From the NCBI RefSeq assembly GCF_000143415.4, contig NW_003314701.1, positions 1 through 6,607 of the forward strand: 6,607 nt of DNA, in the 5' to 3' direction. Position numbers and translations under genes: made by a program. The DNA comes from Selaginella moellendorffii (Eukaryota; Plantae; Lycopodiophyta). Positions 1 through 6,588 of this stretch are shown piece after piece; within the stretch, counting starts at the first letter, position 1, and each line of letters starts with the position of its first letter. Below the pieces are notes generated by a model that did not search any database, was not told the DNA's origin, and saw only the letters and a program-made list of their open reading frames with translations.

Positions 1-87
1 ATAACATGTTATGACGACCATTTCTGCCACGGCATTGCAGCAAAGGAAAATATTGTCATCCATGTTTGTCCTCCACCTCCTCTTCCA

Positions 88-95
88 TATAAATA
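88..95 (+). promoter_or_regulatory. TATA box of the secreted lectin-fusion gene
   Basis: TATAAATA at 88-95, preceded by a CT-rich tract and ~78 nt upstream of ATG 173, which opens a clean signal peptide. Confidence 0.6.
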
Positions 96-172
96 GGAAG
101 TGTATGATGCATTCGTGTTGTGAAAGTCTGTCAGCAAATTCTGTGAGCATGCATTTCCATAATAGAGAAACC

Positions 173-1077
173 ATGTCTCTCCTTCTTGTGGCATCCATGC
201 TTTGCCTGTGTTTGGTTGTTTCTCATGGGGTGTCGATAAACCCTACAGGGTCACCTGGTAGACTAACTCAGCAAGGGGCCGGTGTGCTCATGAATGAAGT
301 CGTGAATTTCTTACGAATTGTTCCTTATCGGGACACTTACTATGCTGGCCAAATACTTGTAGATAAAATTATCAATGTCGAGGGAAGAAGTGTCTGGGTT
401 GAGGCTTGGTTGTTGAACGAAGAGTCGTGTTCATCTGACCCACAGTGGTCAAACTTGGTACCATGGAAGCGGCTGAATAAGTATGCTGTGGAGCTCCTGC
501 TACACTTGGGGGAACAAGCCATCAGAGGTGGATTTGCTAGCATTGTAGGTACCGAGCACATCTTGCAGATTCGGTGTCAGGAAACTGGTGATACCAGTAC
601 TGGTGCCCGTGCTGCTGCACAGCCAGGAGTGCTTGCACTTGAACTTGCCAGACCTAATGTGCAAGGGGACTGTGATCCCAAATTGAATACGCTGTTCAGC
701 AAGGTTGATTATACGGACAAGTACGAGGATGGGACGTACATATACACCAATCACTATCTCAGGTCAGCAAATGCATGCTACACGCTGGTCATGCAGAATG
801 ATTGCAACCTTGTCCTCTATGATGGCCAGAATGTGGCTAGATGGGCAAGCGATTCTCGGGGCAAGGCAGCAACTGTTATGCCGTCCTTCACAAGAATGGT
901 GTCTTAGCTGTGTACGAGCGAGAGAATGAGAATCCAGCATGGGAGTCAGAAATTGCTGAAGATGCTACAGCAAGCTATGCAGCATCCCTTCAGGACGATG
1001 GCAACTTTGTGATCTACAAGTACACGCCTTTTGATGGAATGGATCATGTAAAAGCAATTTGGGCTTCCTATGTCTAA
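173..1077 (+). pseudogene. Secreted chimeric protein: signal peptide + unassigned (possibly KP4-like) domain + GNA/bulb-type mannose-binding lectin; one frameshift (pseudogene or sequencing error)
   Basis: ATG 173 gives MSLLLVASMLCLCLVVSHG (hydrophobic signal). The lectin runs YTLVMQNDCNLVLY...RWASDSRG in the 11..907 frame and continues as QGSNCYAVLHKNGVLAVY...AWES...SLQDDGNFVIY...IWAS* in the 841..1077 frame. Adding one G to GGGG at 858-861 fuses them into a 301-aa ORF. QxDxNxVxY motifs at 794-820 and 991-1017. AATAAA at 1133-1138. Confidence 0.85.
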
Positions 1078-1348
1078 ATGGAATTTATAAATCCGGTCTT
1101 ACTTTAATGTAAAACATAATTATAAATGGGGAAATAAAATTTTAAAAACTATATTTGTGAGGAAAAGAGAATGTTAACCCAAAAACCCTAGTTTATATAC
1201 AAAAGTAAAGTGGTCCGGATTAAAACCAATCTGATGGCTATTAAAATCTCATTATGTTAATATTAATATATAGCATTATAGCTATACACTTGGACCTCAT
1301 ATATTTAAATAACTTAATGAAATGAAAAAAAAATTATTTCCCCATTTA

Positions 1349-1372
1349 AGAGAGAGAGAGAGAGAGAGAGAG
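1349..1372. repeat. (AG)12 microsatellite
   Basis: Perfect AG dinucleotide run read directly. Confidence 0.97.
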
Positions 1373-1615
1373 TGTGAGCATGTGGTCCACCTCGAGAAAT
1401 CTCAACACAATCCTGCACGGCCATTTGGCAAAAACTCTATCATACTGGAAATATAGCTCTAGAGCCCATAGATTAGGAGAATACAAATTAAAAGGAAAGG
1501 ATTTTACCATGTGGTCAAGTATAAAATTTTGCTTTAAGGAAATTCTTACAGTTTTCAAGATTATTTCGTTTCTGCAAAGGGCATGCGATTGAAATTTTCT
1601 AACTAGTTCCAGTAG

Positions 1616-2031
1616 AACGTGTCTGTATTTCTCATCCATGAAGCCGCTGCCGAGGGCAAGGGTAGCAGAGACAGTTCCATCATGAATTTCTGGAATGTCC
1701 TCACTTCTGATCTGCAACCCGTTCCAGAACATGCAATCTGGAGCATTCCAACCTTCCTTATGTTGGATTCTCATTGTCTTGTTAGAAAATGCAAGTTTAA
1801 ATCAATGTGCAAGACAAATCAGGGGATGTGCCGGTTTTATCAGGATTTTTTTGGTCTACAAAGAAGATCAGATCAAATTGGTGCTTCAACAGGTGCGTGA
1901 GAACAAACGATTTGACTAGTTCATCACTGCTTTTGACCCGTTTTCTCCTCTGCAGATCCTTGGCGTATCAGCACACTGAGCAAGAATTGTTTGAGCAGTA
2001 CTGGTGGGGGCGACAATATAGGCAAAGTCTG
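1616..2031 (+). pseudogene. Degenerate spliced gene fragment with WD40-like motifs
   Basis: Translations GSRDSSIMNFWNV...HAIWSI and STGGGDNIGKVW resemble WD40 'SGSxDxxIxxW' ends. Canonical 63-nt intron at 1893-1955 (CAG|GTGCGT ... TTTTCTCCTCTGCAG) whose removal keeps the 1619 frame open; next donor TG|GTAAGA at 2032. No clear start or end is visible. Confidence 0.45.
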
Positions 2032-2367
2032 GTAAGAACATTATGAATCTCTTGCATCAAACACTGTCACCTCTCAATATCATTGCTACCAAACTCCATG
2101 GACCAGAACCTCCTCCAGATCAACAACGACAACAAGCAACCCAGCAAGAGATGATAAAGTTTTTTTTCTCTGTTTTTTATTTTATTTTTCATTTTTAGAA
2201 TAAAATAAAGCTGCTTAGTACATAAACTTGAAAAATTATATCGATACAATGTTAGTGCGGAGGCCCTCCAAGGGTAATAAGGTCCAAGAGTGACCAGAGG
2301 TTTAAATTCAGTATTGACATGATATAACAAAAATTTATTTTCAAACAACAAATACAAGAATTAAAAT

Positions 2368-2662
2368 TTAAGACCACCTTAGCCATGAAAATGTCGCTCT
2401 GTCAGATGATGGCATTCCAAGATACACATTTCTCACATGCATCTTCTGAAACTGTTCTATATGGAGTCTAAAACGCCCCTCAAAGTACCTATTCAGCGAG
2501 TAGATCGATATACTGTTGTCCAGGCTGCAAATGCCCATTCCAGGCAAGCGGTACGAGCATGCCATTCCCTGAAACAACACTCAGCTGCTGAATTCTGGCA
2601 AAGCACTGCCACGCATGTTGAATGCTGCCACTCTGTCCATACATCTTTGTTGGATTGTGGAA
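2368..2662 (-). pseudogene. Pentatricopeptide-repeat (PLS-class, S/SS-type motif) gene relic
   Basis: Minus strand from 2644: MYGQSGSIQHAWQCFARIQQLSVVSGNGMLVPLAWNGHL (cf. PPR consensus MYxKCGSxxxAxxxFxxMxxRxVVSWNAMxxxxAQNGH), stop at 2491-2489. It then reads FQKMHVRNV / frameshift / VSWNAII*QSDIFMAKVV. Stops and frameshifts indicate decay. The best motif is not in the ORF track. Confidence 0.8.
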
Positions 2663-2742
2663 CTATGGACACTAGAGAAATGTATATTCTACATTCAATT
2701 CATAAGAAGCACATAGAATATAACAAACCAGCTCCTCTTTAT

Positions 2743-3280
2743 TTACGTATGTGAATCGATGTCAGAGGAGCATAAGCTTACATGATTCCATAGATAGACA
2801 TTGGGTTGAAGCCCACAGGCACAACAGCAGCACTGAAGATCTGAGAGTTCACCATGAAAGTAGCGTTTGTTGTCACGGGGGTCATAGCCAATGAAGACAG
2901 GTAGGTTGGAATTGAGGTTGACTATCTTGGAGCCGTTCTGTGACTGACGTTGATTCAAGTTTAGAATCAACGTAGATAGACCCAACAGTGCCATTTCGGA
3001 CTGCAGCAACATGGTGCCAAGTTCCATCAGTGACTGGCACTGTTCCCTTAATGCTGAACTGGTATTCCCCATTGTACACCGTAAACCATAGATTGCCATT
3101 GAGGATCCATAGCCACCACTCACCATAGATTTGATCAGAGCGTTGCTGGATGACGCACAGTTCCTGCTTCATGCGGGGTGGGACCTTCACCCAAGCATGC
3201 ATCCTCATCTGATGTCGAAGAAATGGAATTCGAAGCAGAAGAACAGCAAGAGCAAAGTAGAAAGAGAGACGGGAAGCCAT
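2743..3280 (-). pseudogene. Secreted LamG / concanavalin-A-like (Laminin_G_3-type) beta-sandwich protein; one clear frameshift
   Basis: ATG 3280 gives signal-like MASRLSFYFALAVLLL. LamG motifs AWVK, VTDGTWHHVAAVRNGTVGSIYVD lie in the 2882..3379 frame. The C-terminal motifs LPVFIGYD...YFHGELSDL lie in the 2743..3126 frame; the switch is near 2960-2938. AATAAA overlaps the stop. A strong donor (CAT|GTAAGC near 2781) could alter the extreme C-terminus. Confidence 0.8.
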
Positions 3281-3311
3281 TGTGTTATGATTTTCACTTG
3301 CTGCTGCATTC

Positions 3312-3336
3312 TTATATATCCTTCTTGTGGCCACGT
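3312..3336 (-). promoter_or_regulatory. Putative ABRE (ACGTGGC) plus TATA box upstream of the LamG gene
   Basis: Minus strand ACGTGGC at 3336-3330 and TATATAA at 3318-3312, about 32 nt before ATG 3280 (implies a very short 5' UTR). Confidence 0.4.
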
Positions 3337-3829
3337 ACTTACGGAGAACTCCAGAATGCCTTAATGCATTAATTAACAAGGAAAATCTGAAAATTTAGAA
3401 CAAACAACAGTTCGTACATAGACCCTGTGGAGCGCGTGGGAATGTGTAACAATCTATGGTACATAATATTGAATGTCTCAAGACTTTAGGAATTGCCTTA
3501 ATTAACATGAGACGTGAATATCTAGGATCACTGTCGAAGTTTTCTAAAGGTTCCCGCTTTGCCTCACCAATACACCAATTCGCCACTCCCAATTTCAATT
3601 CCCAGACCTGGCGTAGGTCGCGTAGCATAGTAGGCTTCAAACCAACCGTTTTGAACTGTGAATTCCAAGACAACGATTTCACTGTCAACCCAAGAAAATG
3701 TTCACACCTTAAATCTTGGTCCCCGAACAAACCCTATAGAGGGTTGTGTACAATGGCGGAGCAATGGAGGAGCGATGCGCCATTCTCACAGAATCATCAC
3801 GGAGCCGCATTCGCAAGCTGGAGTGGCAA

Positions 3830-3902
3830 GTAAGTCATAGATGCTACTGTGAGGAAATGATCGCCTTTGGTAATGCCCTCGGCACTCACTTTATTCTTGT
3901 AG
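3830..3902 (+). other. Candidate 73-nt spliceosomal intron of an unidentified transcript
   Basis: Donor CAA|GTAAGT at 3830 and acceptor CTTTATTCTTGTAG at 3902. ATGs at 3753 and 3764 and a telo-box AAACCCTA at 3729-3736 lie upstream. No product recognised. Confidence 0.35.
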
Positions 3903-4034
3903 GACTTGTCGAGCTGCATTATGCTCCAACGCACCAAGAGCATTCCGATTTGTTTTCCTGCATGATGGTCGGCCTACAAATCCCGCTGTGGAATGCTGTA
4001 GGAAATGGGTGTAGAGGTGGGCCCCATAGTTACA

Positions 4035-4118
4035 AACACGAACACGGAACACGAACACGAGCCTCAGATTTCAGGAACCCGAACACGGAACACGATCACG
4101 GCCCACGATGGCTCACGA
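4035..4118 (+). repeat. Clustered AACACG/CACG short direct repeats (transposon subterminal-like)
   Basis: AACACG at 4035, 4041, 4048, 4054, 4082 and 4089; ATCACG at 4095; further CACG cores to ~4117. Confidence 0.8.
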
Positions 4119-4188
4119 ATATTCTACTGAATATTCTAAGAATATGTTATTTAAAAATGGTCGACGGATATCGACAAGCATGATAGTA

Positions 4189-5048
4189 GACATATTCACG
4201 AGAGCTGACCTCTGAATATATTCCACGTGGCAACTGTGATCAATGCCTATGTGGCAGGCATCGGGCTCCTGCTTGCGCACGATGCACGTGGTACATGTCG
4301 CATGCAGGTCTTACTCAGTGTTCCTCCATATNNNNNNNNNNNNNNNNNNNNNNNNNNNNNNNNNNNNNNNNNNNNNNNNNNNNNNNNNNNNNNNNNNNNN
4401 NNNNNNNNNNNNNNNNNNNNNNNNNNNNNNNNNNNNNNNNNNNNNNNNNNNNNNNNNNNNNNNNNNNNNNNNNNNNNNNNNNNNNNNNNNNNNNNNNNNN
4501 NNNNNNNNNNNNNNNNNNNNNNNNNNNNNNNNNNNNNNNNNNNNNNNNNNNNNNNNNNNNNNNNNNNNNNNNNNNNNNNNNNNNNNNNNNNNNNNNNNNN
4601 NNNNNNNNNNNNNNNNNNNNNNNNNNNNNNNNNNNNNNNNNNNNNNNNNNNNNNNNNNNNNNNNNNNNNNNNNNNNNNNNNNNNNNNNNNNNNNNNNNNN
4701 NNNNNNNNNNNNNNNNNNNNNNNNNNNNNNNNNNNNNNNNNNNNNNNNNNNNNNNNNACAATGGACTTCGGAACAAGTTGCTACAAACGACATATGGAGT
4801 GATAGTGATAATAGTTTGTGACCACACCACCCCATGCTATCATTGTACGGCCGGGCTGCGACGTCCCCCATGCAGGAACGCCACGGCAGACTTCTGGATA
4901 AAGGATAAGGAGGAACACTGAGTCTGACCTGCCAGCCACAATGCAAAACGTGCATCTCGTGCAGCTCAGAGCCAGATGCCTGCCACATAGGCATTGACCA
5001 CAGCTGCCACGTGGAATATTTCTAGAGGTCCGCTATAGTGAATTTGTC
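4189..5048. mobile_element. Long diverged inverted repeat (arms 4189-4331 and 4905-5048) flanking an assembly gap; probable non-autonomous TIR DNA transposon
   Basis: Left ATATTCCACGTGGCAACTGTGATCAATGCCTATGTGGCAGGCATC...ACTCAGTGTTCCTCC matches the reverse complement of the right arm (ATATTCCACGTGGCAGCTGTGGTCAATGCCTATGTGGCAGGCATC...ACTCAGTGTTCCTCC). About 143 bp, roughly 80% identical by eye. The repeat is certain; the transposon call is inference and no TSD was found. Confidence 0.6.
4332..4757. other. Assembly gap (426 N)
   Basis: Run of N read directly. Confidence 1.
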
Positions 5049-5178
5049 ACCATTTTACAAACCCTGCAAACCAGAAAAAGTATACATTTTATAGAAAGCA
5101 GGTATATTATTTAGTGAACCTAAACCACATGAAACACTCAAACGACACTCAAACACGTTGTCGCTGTTTCTTTTTCTA

Positions 5179-5206
5179 TAAAAAATAAAAAATAAAAAAT
5201 AAAAAA
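5179..5206. repeat. (TAAAAAA)4 low-complexity repeat
   Basis: T at 5179, 5186, 5193 and 5200, each followed by six A. Confidence 0.85.
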
Positions 5207-5422
5207 TTCAAAAATTAATTTGACTTGGCTTTAGTGTTAATAAAAGAATGGTTGATCTGAGTGAATTTGGCTGACTGGTTGCTAACTATGAATTGTGTTC
5301 GCAATCCAATCATCATATGGTACTGGTAAAAGTTTCAATTAATGAAATGACTTTTGAGAATTGATATTCTTATGATTGTTATTGAGTGAAGTTTTAAAAG
5401 TATTTTCTTATGTTACATACAA

Positions 5423-6156
5423 TCAGTCAAAGATGTCTAGATTGGAAAAGCACCCATAGAACAGTCGCGTGCAACAATGATCTGAACCGCAACAACAATC
5501 TCCATAAAAAATATATCGCCCCTCACCACCAGAGTAGTCAAATGTCAACTCTTCGCTGGCTGCAATATCTTTCGCGGCAAACATTGTTATGTGCCTCAAC
5601 CTTCCATCATGGTGACCATAAGACACACACTCAATGTGGACGTTGCCACCATCACAACTATGGTTGACGAACCTGGCCACGTTGCCGTACTTTTCTGCAT
5701 CTATCACAAGTTCTGGTCCAATTGCAAACTTGTAAGTGGAAGGCGAGCCCTTGTCTTCAAGCACCTCACCCACATATTCGCATACGAAACTGCCTCTGGA
5801 AATGGCTTCTTCTGCGTGGAGGCCCAGGCCTTTGCCCTCTGTCCTGAAAATCGCAAGTTTTTTCTGTATCCCCCTTTGAGAGCTCTTGTTGCAGCACTTC
5901 GATGAGCAGCTGCACCATGGTCCACATTCGTACACGATTGAACAAGGCTTGCCAAACGTCCTGAATGATGCGATGGTCTTCTGAACACAGTCACATGTGT
6001 CCGAACAATCGTTTTTGCAGCTACAACCTTCACTGCCTGCGTTCAGCATAGGCAGCTCAATGTGCTTGTTACAAACGGTGTAAATGAAGTCAGTCACAAA
6101 GTTGTTTGGGAACGAGACGAGTGGCTCTAACAAAGAGTGAGTATTTTGCGCATTTT
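5423..6156 (-). CDS. Terminal exon of a Su(var)3-9-class (SUVH/SUVR-like) histone-lysine methyltransferase: pre-SET, SET, post-SET
   Basis: Pre-SET GCSCKNDCSDTCDC...ECGPWCSCSSKCCN; SET KGLGL, FVCEYVGE, IDAEKYGNVARFVNHSC, EELTFDY; post-SET CCCGSDHC; TGA at 5425-5423. The track start at 6133 is TTG. The frame stays open to an acceptor TTTTCCTTGCAG| at 6157/6156 (phase 1). Confidence 0.92.
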
Positions 6157-6259
6157 CTGCAAGGAAAATAGGGTTACCGTGGTATAATGGTTCGCACCCT
6201 TTCTCCGGAATGATTAATTTTTGACTTAATGAACAGATTATTGTTTGTCCTTTTCATAA

Positions 6260-6333
6260 GCTTTCATAGTTCAGTTGGTTAGAGCATCCGTTTAGTAAGC
6301 GGGAGGTCTTGAGTTCAACTCTCAATGAAAGCA
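6260..6333 (+). tRNA. tRNA-Thr(AGT), nuclear plant type, with two apparent C>T variants
   Basis: Cloverleaf: acceptor GCTTTCA/TGAAAGC, D arm GTTC/GAGC, anticodon arm TCCGT-TTAGTAA-GCGGG (anticodon AGT), T arm TTGAG-TTCAACT-CTCAA, discriminator A; 74 nt. Confidence 0.95.
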
Positions 6334-6518
6334 TGACTGCATTTAGGAATTCGGTCAAACACAATAGCCCTTTAAATGCTTCCAGGATCAACACACATGT
6401 AAAAAACAAAAAACAAGGTAACGCAGCCAGTTAGACCACTATTGCCAGGGATCACAGTCTGACTCCACACTCAAGCTCGACCAGGACGCATTCAGAAATC
6501 TTGGAAAGTAGCGCGTAC

Positions 6519-6588
6519 CGTACGCAATTGCATAGTCTGGCCGGAGTTGAATGGCTCGCAAGTAGGACTCCTGAGCTTTACCAAGATT
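6519..6588 (-). CDS. 70-nt internal exon encoding a partial TPR motif similar to O-GlcNAc transferase (SECRET AGENT/OGT-type) TPRs
   Basis: Acceptor TTTTTTAG| then NLGKAQESYLRAIQLRPDYAIAY+G, then donor G|GTACGC at 6518. Fits the TPR consensus A..xY..AI.L.P..A.A[YW].NLG. Too short for the ORF track. Upstream exons would lie outside the window. Confidence 0.7.

Noticed and set aside
11-172. N-terminal 54 codons of ORF 11..907
   Set aside because: They span the TATA box and precede the signal peptide; ATG 173 is the more credible start.
851-870. Programmed ribosomal frameshift in the lectin gene
   Set aside because: No X XXY YYZ slippery heptamer and no obvious downstream structure; an indel is simpler.
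1346-1774. 142-aa minus-strand ORF
   Set aside because: It ends in the microsatellite (LSLSLSLS) and has no recognised motif, while splice signals and WD40-like motifs favour the + strand. Not fully excluded.
2067-2357. 96-aa minus-strand ORF
   Set aside because: AT-rich, low-complexity composition typical of intergenic DNA.
2437-2754. 105-aa plus-strand ORF
   Set aside because: Antisense shadow of the PPR relic.
3131-3372. Plus-strand ORFs 3131..3364 and 3178..3372
   Set aside because: Antisense to the LamG signal peptide and promoter; no motifs.
4035-4100. CRISPR-like array
   Set aside because: Units are 6-7 nt with no unique spacers, in a eukaryotic context.
4227-4994. Five long ORFs crossing the N run
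   Set aside because: Artefacts of N translated as X; the shared MPMWQASGS starts merely reflect the inverted repeat.
4197-5040. CACTA element ends (CACGA at 4197, TAGTG at 5036-5040)
   Set aside because: The left end deviates from CACTA, the flanks ATT/AAT are not a direct 3-bp TSD, and inverted homology continues about 8 bp outside these points.
3739-5066. hAT-like TIR pair AGGGTTGTGTACAATGG / reverse complement CAGGGTTTGTAAAATGG
   Set aside because: Needs a gap and mismatches, and no exact 8-bp TSD abuts both ends.
5410-6033. ORFs 5410..5667, 5591..5905 and 5704..6033
   Set aside because: Antisense or alternate-frame shadows of the SET exon.
6157-6177. Minus-strand donor CG|GTAACC just upstream of the SET acceptor
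   Set aside because: It would define an intron of only ~21 nt, too short to splice.
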